Shown here one piece after another: positions 38,331-48,334 of a DNA stretch of 64,000 nucleotides. The position numbers and the translations under genes are program-made. Location of the stretch: positions 182,569-246,568 of the forward strand of contig JAWPOE010000004.1 in assembly GCA_033345195.1 (NCBI GenBank). Reading direction: 5' to 3'. Source of the DNA: Alphaproteobacteria bacterium. Lineage in GTDB: Bacteria; Pseudomonadota; Alphaproteobacteria; Rs-D84. Position 1 is the first letter of the stretch, and each line of letters starts with the position of its first letter. Below the pieces are notes generated by a model that saw nothing but the letters and a program-made list of their open reading frames with translations, made no database searches and was not told the DNA's origin.

Positions 38331-39461
38331 ACGTATACCATCTGCAATCAACTTACCCGCACCTTCATCAGATAATTGCCATAATTTATCCGCACTTTTT
38401 AAATCACTAATCATCTTTTCACGTTTTGACGGGATTGTTAACTGTTGAACCGCATCCAAAACATTTGTTGCCGTCGCCGCAGGCCCCAAAAATTCAGGAT
38501 ACACACCACGATTTAATAAAATATTCACCAACGATACCCAACGCACGTTAATCATTTGACGTACTAACCATGTTGTAATTGGGTTCATCTTGTACACAAC
38601 AATTGCCGGTACGCGCAACATCGCCAATTCAGCCGATACAGTACCACTGGCAACAACTGCGATATATGTTTTTGCATATATATCATAACGTTCAGATGCA
38701 GAAACTAATTCCGGCTTTATACGCCAACGTGATGTTTCTTGTTTTATATATTTGGCCGTTGTTTCCACCGTTGGAATAACAAAACGATATCCCATATACC
38801 CATTTCGCGACAGCATATCAATCACATCATGCATCAATGGCAATAAACGCTTAACCTCACTCATTCTGCTGCCTGGGACCAGTGTAATAATCTTTTCTGT
38901 CTGCTTCTTGTGTGATTTATACTTTCCAATTAAATCGTCTGCAATCGGATGTCCAACCGCCACCGTTTCCAAACCACGTTTTGTGAAATAGGGCACCTCA
39001 AACTCAAAAAAAGCATACAATTTATCGAATATCTGTGCATACTTTTTTGCACGTCCTGGCCGCCACGCCCAAACCTGGGGCGCAACAACATGATGAAACT
39101 TTAAACCCCTGGCAATTAATTCGGAACCTGCTGGACTTTTTCTAATCTGTTTAATAACACTTTTCGCAAAGCCCGGGGAATCAATTGTTAAAACAACATC
39201 TGGTTTTTCCGCAACAATCGCATCAACAGTTTGCTTTATTCGTTTCGTTAGCGTACGTGCATGTGCCAAAACCTCTATCGCGCCCATAACGGCCAAATCC
39301 CCCATCGGGAACAAAGACTTCAACCCGCACTTTTGCATATTTTCGCCACCGACACCGACGAATTCAGCGTCCGTCATTTGCGACATAATACGCGCGCCCA
39401 AGACATCACCTGAAACCTCGCCAGCGATGATGAAAACTTTGATTTTTTTACTATTCTGCAT
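38325..39461 (-). CDS. lpxB: Lipid-A-disaccharide synthase LpxB
   Basis: KVFIIAGEVSGDVLGARIM N-terminus plus GT19 family motifs. The start (ATG at 39461) overlaps the lpxA stop; an alternative start lies at 39524. Confidence 0.85.
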   Translation of the reverse strand: MQNSKKIKVFIIAGEVSGDVLGARIMSQMTDAEFVGVGGENMQKCGLKSLFPMGDLAVMGAIEVLAHARTLTKRIKQTVDAIVAEKPDVVLTIDSPGFAKSVIKQIRKSPAGSELIARGLKFHHVVAPQVWAWRPGRAKKYAQIFDKLYAFFEFEVPYFTKRGLETVAVGHPIADDLIGKYKSHKKQTEKIITLVPGSRMSEVKRLLPLMHDVIDMLSRNGYMGYRFVIPTVETTAKYIKQETSRWRIKPELVSASERYDIYAKTYIAVVASGTVSAELAMLRVPAIVVYKMNPITTWLVRQMINVRWVSLVNILLNRGVYPEFLGPAATATNVLDAVQQLTIPSKREKMISDLKSADKLWQLSDEGAGKLIADGIRK

Positions 39462-40251
39462 TTTTAGATGTACCAATTCCACGCTTTGAACGATTTTCAA
39501 TAAAATCAATCGCGTCCATGGCATATTTGTTATTCTTTACTTCCTTGCGAACCTTGGCCAAGCGTTCTGATACTGTTCCTTCACCACCATGGAACACTGC
39601 AGAATACACGGAATGGATGGCGTGCATATCTTCGTTTGTAAATCCATGGCGCATCAAACCAACACGATTAATAGTGCGGTATACAGCACGTGGACTGCCA
39701 TCATAAATTGCATATGGCAATACATCATTACCAACCCCAGACATACCACCAATAAATGCGTTGCGACCAATACGCGCAAATTGCAAAACCATGGCGCCAC
39801 CACTGATGATTGCGAAATCTTCAACCTCTACATGTCCTGCTAATTGTACCAAGTTAGACATAACAACACTATTGCCAACCTTGCAATCATGTGCAACGTG
39901 TGCATTAACCATAATCTGACAATCATCACCAATCACCGTACCATCAGACGCAGGGGTTCCTGAATGAATTGTCGCATATTCACGAATTTTACAACGTTTA
40001 CCAATACGCACACCGGTCATTGTGCTTTCATCTTGCCATTTTAAATCCTGACTCATCACGCCGACAACAGCAAATGGATAAACAATAGAATCATCGCCAA
40101 TTGATGTCTTGCCATCAACCACGACATTTGCGACCAATTCCACGCGATCACCCAGGACGACATTCGGTCCTACGATACAAAAAGGTCCAATTTTACAATC
40201 CGCGCCCAATTTCGCGCCATCGTGAATAATTGCAGTTGGATGTATAGCCAT
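39451..40251 (-). CDS. lpxA: Acyl-[ACP]--UDP-N-acetylglucosamine O-acyltransferase LpxA
   Basis: MAIHPTAIIHDGAKLGADCKIGPFCIVGPNVVLGD hexapeptide-repeat left-handed beta-helix; 266 aa. Confidence 0.9.
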   Translation of the reverse strand: MAIHPTAIIHDGAKLGADCKIGPFCIVGPNVVLGDRVELVANVVVDGKTSIGDDSIVYPFAVVGVMSQDLKWQDESTMTGVRIGKRCKIREYATIHSGTPASDGTVIGDDCQIMVNAHVAHDCKVGNSVVMSNLVQLAGHVEVEDFAIISGGAMVLQFARIGRNAFIGGMSGVGNDVLPYAIYDGSPRAVYRTINRVGLMRHGFTNEDMHAIHSVYSAVFHGGEGTVSERLAKVRKEVKNNKYAMDAIDFIENRSKRGIGTSKNAE

Positions 40252-40337
40252 AATAAATTCCCGCTTGTTTTTACATTATTATCGCCAAGAATAATACATT
40301 ATAGCCATACAAATTGATATTAAATAAATATAACCAA

Positions 40338-41324
40338 TTATAACAAACGTTTTGTTTCTGCCCAGAAATCAACAGAATCTGTATTCATCCAATACAAAAT
40401 CCCCAAGGCACTTATTACCGGCATAACAGTAATCAGCCCAAACACCCCCAGCATCATCGCAAACATTTTATCTGCAATCACAATATTAACATGCTGCGCA
40501 TGCCAGGCAGACAGGGACACTAACGCACATACTGCAACCAATGTACCCAACAGTATCGGCACCGCCTCTGTCAAAACAAATAACGCAGCCCCCAGCATAC
40601 AAACCACACGCCCCAGCCATTTTAATTTCACATATGCACTGCGATGAATTTTACCACATGGCTTAATATTTCGTACTGCAATCACAATCGCAGCACATAT
40701 CCCCAATAATAACACCGCCGCCAGATGCGCAATTGTCAAATTACCCAACTGGCCAAATCTGAAAAATTCAGGTTGCATCAAAATAGCAATCGTTGTCATT
40801 AATAATATTAATACAGTCCCTGGAATTACACGCATTTCTGATTTTGCGCGACGGCCCAAAATCACACCCAACACCAACGCCCCAATCTGCAACAATGGCC
40901 CCCACCAGGCATGCATATCTGATAAACCAACCAGCGCAATGACCGACAACACAAAGACCCTCTTTCGCCAATCCATACAGGGCAGGGGACGCGAACGCAA
41001 ATGCGAAGAAACAAACAGCGCAGATAAAAACACTATCGCAGCCACCATCATCGGCAAAACAGATAAACTGTCACGTAACACATTGTAATTGCCACCAAAC
41101 AGCACAATCCACGCAAACGTAAACACAACCGTCCACATTGACACATGCGACAATATATTATTGCGCGTCCAGCCCAGTTTATTTAACAGCGTACCCGAAC
41201 ACCAATAGACTGCAACAAACAACGGAAACGCCAACACCCCCCACCACAAAAACGCAGGCGCCCATAATGCCGCATTATTAAACGCACTAACCGCACTTTG
41301 TACAACAACAATATCTTCAAACAT
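40338..41324 (-). CDS. Polytopic inner-membrane hypothetical protein
   Basis: About 9-10 predicted TM helices with no catalytic motif. Start chosen at MFEDIVVV (the ATG with an AAGG RBS). It is co-directional with lpxA/lpxB. Confidence 0.5.
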   Translation of the reverse strand: MFEDIVVVQSAVSAFNNAALWAPAFLWWGVLAFPLFVAVYWCSGTLLNKLGWTRNNILSHVSMWTVVFTFAWIVLFGGNYNVLRDSLSVLPMMVAAIVFLSALFVSSHLRSRPLPCMDWRKRVFVLSVIALVGLSDMHAWWGPLLQIGALVLGVILGRRAKSEMRVIPGTVLILLMTTIAILMQPEFFRFGQLGNLTIAHLAAVLLLGICAAIVIAVRNIKPCGKIHRSAYVKLKWLGRVVCMLGAALFVLTEAVPILLGTLVAVCALVSLSAWHAQHVNIVIADKMFAMMLGVFGLITVMPVISALGILYWMNTDSVDFWAETKRLL

Positions 41325-41364
41325 AAACTTGCCTTTTACTTTTATTGTCCTATTATAAAGGCAT

Positions 41365-42048
41365 ATGAGCACAAAACAAGAAATTTTTACCCTGATGGGT
41401 GGCCGCGTAAGAATACATCGTGGGCATTACAATCCGACATCTGACGCGGTATGGTTGGCGGCCTTTGCACCAAATAACGCAAAAACTGTACTGGATGTCG
41501 GGATTGGTACCGGTGGCGCATCTTTATGTTATCTGGCAAACAATCCAACTGCTAAAATAACAGGCATTGACACATCCGTTAATATGTTACGCGAATGCGA
41601 ACGAAACGCGATATTGAATGACACATCGATTGAAACAATCGAACAAGACATCAATACATGGCGAACTAACCGTACATTTGACTTGGTTTTGACCAATCCG
41701 CCATATTTTAATGGCACCCCTGCGAAACATAACGCCCACCATAATGCAGACCTGCGTGCCTGGATTTCACGGTGTATCGCACGCGTCCGCCCAATGGGAA
41801 CATTTTGCATAATAACAGACGCCACAACAATTGCGCTGGTTGTATCCGAAATGTCACAAAAACTAGGCGACATAACAATATTTCCACTTTTTGGCGCAAA
41901 AAATACCGCAGAACGCGTTCTTATCTCTGGCAAACTGGGTACCAAGGGTATATCAATACTGCACCGCGGACTACCGATGAATTACACGCCTATTTTGCGC
42001 AACGGCTTGACTATTGCGGATACTTTGTCTACACTATCCCAGAAATGA
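41365..42048 (+). CDS. Class I SAM-dependent methyltransferase, tRNA (adenine37-N6)-methyltransferase-like (TrmN6/YfiC family)
   Basis: SAM-binding VLDVGIGTGGASL and the N6-MTase motif LVLTNPPYF. Confidence 0.7.
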   Translation: MSTKQEIFTLMGGRVRIHRGHYNPTSDAVWLAAFAPNNAKTVLDVGIGTGGASLCYLANNPTAKITGIDTSVNMLRECERNAILNDTSIETIEQDINTWRTNRTFDLVLTNPPYFNGTPAKHNAHHNADLRAWISRCIARVRPMGTFCIITDATTIALVVSEMSQKLGDITIFPLFGAKNTAERVLISGKLGTKGISILHRGLPMNYTPILRNGLTIADTLSTLSQK

Positions 42049-43322
42049 TAAATTTTATAACACGATATTTTACGTCCTTGTGGGCGTTCATAACATCACC
42101 ATTCCGTGCCATTTGGCGCGTTATTGTACGTATATTTCCACCACGCGAATTTACCGTCATGGACACCCCACGTGGTAACGTATACACATTTAATCAAAGC
42201 AGTTTTTGGCGCTTTACCCGCTTCTGTGGCAAGATTGGGTTAATTGTGTGGGCAACATGGTCAACATATGTATTCGTATATCATCGCCCATTATTACAAA
42301 AGCGCACACAACAACTGGAAGAGGTACGTGCCACACACGCACGCCATATGAGTGACCTGCAAACATACCTTACAAAATATAACGATTTAACCCGTGATTT
42401 AAATGTTACAGACGACAAAATCCTGCGCGCCAAGGATTTAAACGATTCCGAAAAAGAAAAATTAATGAACAGTCGCGTAAAAACATGGGGCGAACTGGAC
42501 TTTTTGCGCACACGCATTGTTGAAATGTTACGCGACGAAGAATTTGAACCAGAATATACAAAACTGTCTGAATTATCTGTGGAATATGAACTGACCCGCG
42601 CAGAAAACGATGAATTAAAGCGTCGTAATACACAAATGGCAGAAACAATGGCGACCATCGCAGATGCAGACAACATAATCGTCGATGCGGTCGCCGCATT
42701 AACCAAAGAAAACACCGAAGAATTACACAAAAATATCAAACGCATTAACAGCACACTGGTATCACTGGGCTTAAATGAACTGACGTTGGTTCGTAATGCA
42801 AACAAGCATTCAAATCCCCTGGTCGGTTCTGCGTTCAGTCCAATTGAATTCGATAAAACACTGGATGCAAAATATCAAAAGTTGGCGGACGGTCTGGAAC
42901 GTTGGAATGGATTACGTCGTCTAAATCAGATGTTGCCATTGGGCAAACCCGTAAACGCGCGCGTCACATCCAATTACGGCACACGCAACGACCCATTCAC
43001 AGGCAAACCAAAGAAACATCGTGGCATCGATTTTGCTGGCAAAATCGGCACAGAATTGATGGCAGTTGCCCCTGGGCGCGTTGTATCTGCAGGTGAACGC
43101 GTTGGTTATGGCACAACAGTTGAAATTGATCACGGGCTGGGCTTTACAACATTATACGCCCACCTGTCACGCATAATGGTATCGCGTGGCGACTGGGTCC
43201 GCCCCGGGACTGTAATCGGACTGGCGGGGTCATCTGGCCGTTCTACTGGTCCACACTTGCACTATGAAATCAGATACAAAGGTTCACCATTTGACCCAAC
43301 AAAATTTGTAAAGGACGAATAA
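42045..43322 (+). CDS. M23-family (LytM-domain) metallopeptidase with N-terminal TM and coiled coil
   Basis: HRGIDFAG..GYGTTVEIDHGLGFTTLYAHL..GSSGRSTGPHLHYEIR are the M23 motifs (HxxxD, HxH). The ATG overlaps the upstream stop (ATGA). Confidence 0.8.
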   Translation: MINFITRYFTSLWAFITSPFRAIWRVIVRIFPPREFTVMDTPRGNVYTFNQSSFWRFTRFCGKIGLIVWATWSTYVFVYHRPLLQKRTQQLEEVRATHARHMSDLQTYLTKYNDLTRDLNVTDDKILRAKDLNDSEKEKLMNSRVKTWGELDFLRTRIVEMLRDEEFEPEYTKLSELSVEYELTRAENDELKRRNTQMAETMATIADADNIIVDAVAALTKENTEELHKNIKRINSTLVSLGLNELTLVRNANKHSNPLVGSAFSPIEFDKTLDAKYQKLADGLERWNGLRRLNQMLPLGKPVNARVTSNYGTRNDPFTGKPKKHRGIDFAGKIGTELMAVAPGRVVSAGERVGYGTTVEIDHGLGFTTLYAHLSRIMVSRGDWVRPGTVIGLAGSSGRSTGPHLHYEIRYKGSPFDPTKFVKDE

Positions 43323-43323
43323 A

Positions 43324-43674
43324 ATGCTGGCATTTACAAACTCTACGGAAAAACAATCCCCAACCGTCATCGGTGCGGGCTGCAAAGTATCAGGCGACAT
43401 AAAAACGGACCACACTGTCCAAATTCATGGCGAAGTTGTTGGTAATATTACCGCAGACACAGTTGTGATTGGTCGTGGCGGCCGCGTCATAGGCGAGGTG
43501 AAAACCCCTGTATTATTCCTGCACGGCTGTTTAGAAGGGCCTGCAACGGTTAACACCGCAAATGTTTTCAGCGCAGCACAAATGACAGGCACATTGTCAT
43601 ATCACACGCTGAACATCACCGGCAACACCGGTCTGGAATGCAAATTACAAAAAAGAAAGGACAAGGCAAAATGA
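43324..43674 (+). CDS. Bactofilin (DUF583 cytoskeletal polymer protein)
   Basis: 116 aa with the beta-helical bactofilin repeat pattern (VIGAGCKVSGDIKTDHTVQIHGEVVGNITADTVVIGRGGRVIGEVKT). It starts 2 bp after the M23 peptidase stop. Confidence 0.8.
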   Translation: MLAFTNSTEKQSPTVIGAGCKVSGDIKTDHTVQIHGEVVGNITADTVVIGRGGRVIGEVKTPVLFLHGCLEGPATVNTANVFSAAQMTGTLSYHTLNITGNTGLECKLQKRKDKAK

Positions 43675-44117
43675 ACAAAACCGTATCTAAAATCTATATT
43701 GCCGGCGATCATCGTGGGGCAGGGCTAAAATTATACCTGATTGAAATGCTGGCTGCGTCTGGTTATAACGTCGTAAATCTTGGGGTTGACGATCCAAATA
43801 CATCTGTTGATTACCCAGACGTTGCCGCCACATTGGCAGACGCAATGATTGACGATCCAAAATCACGTGGCATCGTCATCTGTGGTACGGGCGCAGGCGT
43901 CATGATTGCGGCAAACAGATACCGTCACATTCGCGCATCCCGTTGCAACACACCGGCCCAGGCACGCGACGACAGATTCCACGACGATATAAATGTTTTG
44001 GCATTGGCCGCAGACGACATTGATATAGAGGTTGCATTTTTATGCGTTCAAGCATTTCTGGAAAGCCCATTTGATGCAATTGAACGCCGCATCCGTCGCA
44101 TTGAAAAAATATCGTAA
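43671..44117 (+). CDS. rpiB: Ribose-5-phosphate isomerase B
   Basis: KIYIAGDHRGAGLKLYLIEML..GIVICGTGAGVMIAANR RpiB/LacAB signature. Confidence 0.85.
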   Translation: MNKTVSKIYIAGDHRGAGLKLYLIEMLAASGYNVVNLGVDDPNTSVDYPDVAATLADAMIDDPKSRGIVICGTGAGVMIAANRYRHIRASRCNTPAQARDDRFHDDINVLALAADDIDIEVAFLCVQAFLESPFDAIERRIRRIEKIS

Positions 44118-44135
44118 AAAGCACATAACAAAAAT

Positions 44136-44168
44136 AAAAATCCCCCAAACGGGGGATTTTTTTATTTA
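44136..44168. terminator. Hairpin terminator (AATCCCCCAAACGGGGGATT family)
   Basis: AAAAATCCCCCAAACGGGGGATTTTTTTATT. Confidence 0.75.
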
Positions 44169-44213
44169 CAACCCAGGATTTTATAAAATAAAAGATAATG
44201 GTATAGATAAAGT

Positions 44214-44261
44214 GAATGGGGGAATCGTAGTGTACAAACGCTACATGAGATTCCCCCATTC
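44214..44261. repeat. Perfect 13-bp inverted repeat with 22-nt loop, downstream of leuS
   Basis: GAATGGGGGAATC ..22 nt.. GATTCCCCCATTC. Confidence 0.8.
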
Positions 44262-44283
44262 GCTTTAGATATGCCATTAGATT

Positions 44284-46677
44284 TTATTTTATTACAAAAT
44301 TAACCAATTTCTTTGGCACCACAATCGTTTTGATTATTGTTGCACCATCTAATTTGTTGCCGGCCGCACTTTTTGCCGCTGCAACAATAGCATCTTCATC
44401 TGCGTTCGCAGGGACAACGAAGTCCGCAGCACGCTTACCATTAACAGATACAACGATTGTCATTTCCGTCGCAATCAATTTAGACGCATCGTACGTCGGC
44501 CATTGTGCAAATACCAACATGTCCGCATGCCCCAACTTTTCCCACATTTCTTCGGTCAAGTGTGGTGCAAACGGATTTAACATCTGCAACAATGTTTCGT
44601 ACGCAGGGCGGGGCATTTTACCGCCAAAGGCGTTCAAATATTCCATCATCGCCGAAATCGCCGTATTAAACTTCATATTTTCCAGACGTTCTGTCACATC
44701 AGCAATCAATTTATGTACCAAGCGTTCTTGTTCCGCCGTCATCGCATCATCGGTCAGATTATCTGCCAATGCCTCTACACGTTTCAAGAAACGTTCAACG
44801 CCACGCAATGTATCTTCGGACCAGTTTGCACTTTGTTCCCATGGCCCCAAATACAATATCGCCATGCGACATGCGTCTGCACCACTGCGTGCGACAACAT
44901 CCGAACTTGGCACCGTGTTTCCACGCGACTTTGACATCTTGGAACCATCGGCCGCCATAATCAATCCGTTACTTGTGCGCTTTTTATATGGTTCAACACC
45001 TGGGACATAACCCAAATCGGCCAACGCCTTGTACCAGAAACGCGAATACAGCAAATGACGTGTTGTATGTTCCATACCGCCGTTATAATGGTCGACTGGC
45101 ATCCATTTATCCAACTGTGCACGCGAACAGAATTCATTATTATTCTTGGAATCCAGATAGCGCAAGAAATACCAAGATGAACCCGCCCATTGTGGCATAG
45201 TATCCGTTTCGCGTTTCGCCGGCGCACCACAATGCGGGCATGTTGTATTTACCCAATCTGTGGCACGCGCCAATGGCCCTTCGCCATCATCTGTTGGCTT
45301 ATAATCAGACATATATGGTTGCATTAATGGCAATTCAGATTCTGGCACAGGCACCCAACCACACTTTTCGCAATAAACCAGCGGGATTGGTTCACCCCAG
45401 TACATCTGACGCGAAAAACCCCAATCCTTTAATTTATACTTGGTTGTACCACGTGCAAAACCATGTTCTGTTCCATATTTAATCGCGGCTGCAATCGCAT
45501 CGTCTTTGCCCATACCATCCAAGAACGATGAATTTATATGCTTGCCATCACCTTCCCATACCTGGTCTGGTTCGCCACCGGCCAACACAGGAATGATTTC
45601 CAACCCGAACTTTTTTGCAAAGTCCCAGTCACGACTATCATGCGCAGGAACCGCCATAATTGCGCCAAAACCATAATCTGCCAAAACATAATCTGAAATA
45701 AAGATCGGAATTTCACGACCGTTAAATGGATTTACTGCCTTTATACCCTGCAATTCGACACCTGTCTTTTCGCGTGTAACGTCTGTACGTTCGATTTCTG
45801 ATTTCGCACGTGCTGCTGCGATATATTCACGCACCTGATTTGGATTTGTAATTTGACCTTCGTCCAACCACTTTTTTACCAGCGCATGTTCCGGCGCAAT
45901 AACACAGAATGTCACGCCAAAGATTGTATCAACGCGCGTTGTATAAACAGTCATAGTGTCATCACCAACACGGAAATCAACATCCGCACCATGCGAACGG
46001 CCAATCCAGTTAATCTGTTCTGTTTTTACACGTTCTGGATAATCAACCAAGGCCAAATCATCAATCAATCTGTCCGCATACTTTGTAATCGCCAAATTCC
46101 ATTGCAATTTCATCTTTTTTTCAACCGGCCCATGACAGCGTTCACAGCAACCATCTTCTAATTCTTCATTGGTCAGATTCGTTTTACACGCCGGGCACCA
46201 GTTCATTGGCAATTCAGACTTATACGCCAACCCGGCCTTAAAAAACTGAATAAACATCCATTGTGTCCATTTGATAAATTCCGGATCAGATGTCGCGACC
46301 GTTGATTCTGGGTCAAAAGACAGACCCATAATTGAAATATCACGTTCAAAAATCTTGACCAATTCTGCGACAGATTCACTTGGGTGTTTACCTATCTTGG
46401 TTGCATAGTTTTCAGACGAAATACCCATTGAATCGTATCCGATTGGGAACAACACATCATAACCACGCATACGACGCCAACGCGCCAACACATCCATACC
46501 CGTATACGGCAACATATGTCCCACATGCAATCCAGAACCCGAAGGGAAGGGGAATTCAATCAAATTATAATATTTTGGTTTTGCACCATCGTTTTTTGGT
46601 ACAAATGCACGCGCTTCTCGCCACTTTTTTTGCCATTTTGATTCACGGTCATGAATTTTTTTCATATCGTCTGCCAT
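44284..46677 (-). CDS. leuS: Leucine--tRNA ligase
   Basis: HIGH region FPFPSGSGLHVGHMLPYTGMDVLARW, KMSKS (GSKMSKSRGNTV) and a CP1 editing-domain-sized insert; 797 aa. Confidence 0.9.
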   Translation of the reverse strand: MADDMKKIHDRESKWQKKWREARAFVPKNDGAKPKYYNLIEFPFPSGSGLHVGHMLPYTGMDVLARWRRMRGYDVLFPIGYDSMGISSENYATKIGKHPSESVAELVKIFERDISIMGLSFDPESTVATSDPEFIKWTQWMFIQFFKAGLAYKSELPMNWCPACKTNLTNEELEDGCCERCHGPVEKKMKLQWNLAITKYADRLIDDLALVDYPERVKTEQINWIGRSHGADVDFRVGDDTMTVYTTRVDTIFGVTFCVIAPEHALVKKWLDEGQITNPNQVREYIAAARAKSEIERTDVTREKTGVELQGIKAVNPFNGREIPIFISDYVLADYGFGAIMAVPAHDSRDWDFAKKFGLEIIPVLAGGEPDQVWEGDGKHINSSFLDGMGKDDAIAAAIKYGTEHGFARGTTKYKLKDWGFSRQMYWGEPIPLVYCEKCGWVPVPESELPLMQPYMSDYKPTDDGEGPLARATDWVNTTCPHCGAPAKRETDTMPQWAGSSWYFLRYLDSKNNNEFCSRAQLDKWMPVDHYNGGMEHTTRHLLYSRFWYKALADLGYVPGVEPYKKRTSNGLIMAADGSKMSKSRGNTVPSSDVVARSGADACRMAILYLGPWEQSANWSEDTLRGVERFLKRVEALADNLTDDAMTAEQERLVHKLIADVTERLENMKFNTAISAMMEYLNAFGGKMPRPAYETLLQMLNPFAPHLTEEMWEKLGHADMLVFAQWPTYDASKLIATEMTIVVSVNGKRAADFVVPANADEDAIVAAAKSAAGNKLDGATIIKTIVVPKKLVNFVIK

Positions 46678-46776
46678 TTTTTCTGCCTCAGATTATATTA
46701 TTGTTAAAAACATCCCGAATTTTACCTATCTAAACACAAAAATTCAAGACAATTCTTGGGAATTATGATGTTTTTA

Positions 46777-46805
46777 TTGACAGCCAGACATAAAATTGAT
46801 AAAAT
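46777..46805 (+). promoter_or_regulatory. Sigma70-like promoter (TTGACA-17 bp-TAAAAT) for the phase-variable gene
   Basis: TTTTTATTGACAgccagacataaaattgaTAAAAT lies 42 bp upstream of ATG 46848. The same TTTTTATTGAC-N17-TAAAAT architecture recurs before the paralogue. Confidence 0.6.
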
Positions 46806-46847
46806 CCTAGGCAGGACGCGTTATAAACTAATAAGAGAGAGCATATC

Positions 46848-47531
46848 ATGGCCGCACAAACAAACAAACAAACAAACAAACAAACAAACAAACAATTAAA
46901 TAAAATTCTGTGGGGAATCATCAGCGCTGCAATTTGCATATTTTATAAGTCAGAGGTTCGCGCAACACATCTAACCAACTGCTCTGCCACCTTAACTTCA
47001 TCTGTACGGCTTAACACAACTGCTTATACCTATTCTGTATGCAGTGCGGCAACAATATGCAATGGCACCTGCGCCAACAAATGGATTTCTGATTTTTCCT
47101 ATGTCACAAACGACGGCACAAAATACCAACTATGCGATTATCCCAACAGTTATGTATCATCATGCAAGGATGCATCTGGAAACATAATCAACGACCCATC
47201 CTTGTTCTATACATGTCGAACAAAGGGCCTCTGTACCGGCTGTCCTAACGGTGGCAAAACTTCTGATGCTGCATATGTTAAAGTATCCCCTGCCATTACA
47301 AACAAAACCTATTATGTCTGTTCGCAATACAACCAAATAACAGACCAACTGATAGACAATTATTATTATTACATGCAGGTGTATACGTTAAATTGTCCAA
47401 GTGGGGGCGTCTGGGATCGCGCACACACAATAGAAGATTGTTATCTGCCAGATGGCACATACACTGACAATACCGGCACTTTCACAATCAGCGGCACCAC
47501 AGGCGCAACATCCTGTACATACGTAAACTAA
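46848..47531 (+). CDS. Cys-rich secreted/surface protein with a 5' (CAAA)8 repeat; candidate phase-variable gene
   Basis: MAAQTNKQTNKQTNKQLNKILWGIISAAICIFY..; 15 Cys. The in-frame tetranucleotide repeat encodes (QTNK)n before the hydrophobic signal or anchor segment. Confidence 0.6.
   Translation: MAAQTNKQTNKQTNKQLNKILWGIISAAICIFYKSEVRATHLTNCSATLTSSVRLNTTAYTYSVCSAATICNGTCANKWISDFSYVTNDGTKYQLCDYPNSYVSSCKDASGNIINDPSLFYTCRTKGLCTGCPNGGKTSDAAYVKVSPAITNKTYYVCSQYNQITDQLIDNYYYYMQVYTLNCPSGGVWDRAHTIEDCYLPDGTYTDNTGTFTISGTTGATSCTYVN
46857..46891 (+). repeat. Tetranucleotide microsatellite (CAAA)8+CAA inside the 5' coding region
   Basis: CAAACAAACAAACAAACAAACAAACAAACAAACAA, counted by eye: eight full units plus three bases (35 bp). 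Confidence 0.9.
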
Positions 47532-47545
47532 AAACAAGGTTTTTA

Positions 47546-47574
47546 TTGACCCATTCCCAAACATGCATTAAAAT
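47546..47574 (+). promoter_or_regulatory. Sigma70-like promoter (TTGACC-17 bp-TAAAAT) for the paralogue, flanked by an 8-bp inverted repeat
   Basis: TTTTTATTGACCcattcccaaacatgcatTAAAAT. CCATTCCC at 47551-58 and GGGAATGG at 47589-96 bracket the -10 and the transcription start. Confidence 0.55.
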
Positions 47575-47606
47575 ATACACGTATTAATGGGAATGGCAGA
47601 AAAACA

Positions 47607-48314
47607 ATGAATAAACTTAGCAAACTTTTTTGGCACATAATCAGCACGGCAATTTGTGTTTCTTTTCGCAATGAATGTAACGCAGTTGACATTAATTACA
47701 TCAGCATGAAACGGGATTGTTGTGTAACCAAAACAGAATTGGTTTATTGGTGGAACATACTCCTATCCCCAAACGACGACACGTGGCACAATTATTGCTC
47801 ATATCCCAGCAAATACGACGCAGATTACGAACCATCCATACAAAAACCAACAGAACCCATTAACTGGAACACTTACGAAATGCTTGTAATAGACGGCAAC
47901 TTTTTTGCAGAAATATACAACAACCACCATTATTTAAACAGTTGCATTGAACGCACCACTAATAAAACATTATACAACGACGGTTCATCGAATTTTATTG
48001 ACCAATGCAACCTAAACAAACTATTCATTCACAAATGTCCGTACAACGGCATCGTTAAAAACCCCATCACAATAATAAGGGGAAAAGAATCAAACACAGA
48101 ACATTTTATTTGCACCACTGCAAACCTGACCCACAATGCCACAGGCGGTACTCTTAAACTATACAGACAATTTTCCATTTGCAGTGCGTGCGACGGCATC
48201 AATAACAACACTCCCAGTATAACATCCTGCTATCAACCTGCAACCACAGAAAACACCCTATACGAAAACAGATACGGATATTTCACACTAGAGAGCGACT
48301 GCCATGCGAAATAA
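47607..48314 (+). CDS. Cys-rich secreted protein, paralogue of the 46848 gene (no repeat tract)
   Basis: The N-terminus MNKLSKLFWHIISTAICVSF parallels LNKILWGIISAAICIFY in the 46848 product; 16 Cys. Confidence 0.55.
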   Translation: MNKLSKLFWHIISTAICVSFRNECNAVDINYISMKRDCCVTKTELVYWWNILLSPNDDTWHNYCSYPSKYDADYEPSIQKPTEPINWNTYEMLVIDGNFFAEIYNNHHYLNSCIERTTNKTLYNDGSSNFIDQCNLNKLFIHKCPYNGIVKNPITIIRGKESNTEHFICTTANLTHNATGGTLKLYRQFSICSACDGINNNTPSITSCYQPATTENTLYENRYGYFTLESDCHAK

Positions 48315-48334
48315 TAAATAGACGAATTAAAAAA

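Noticed and set aside
44330-45010. 226-aa + ORF
   Set aside because: Antisense within leuS.
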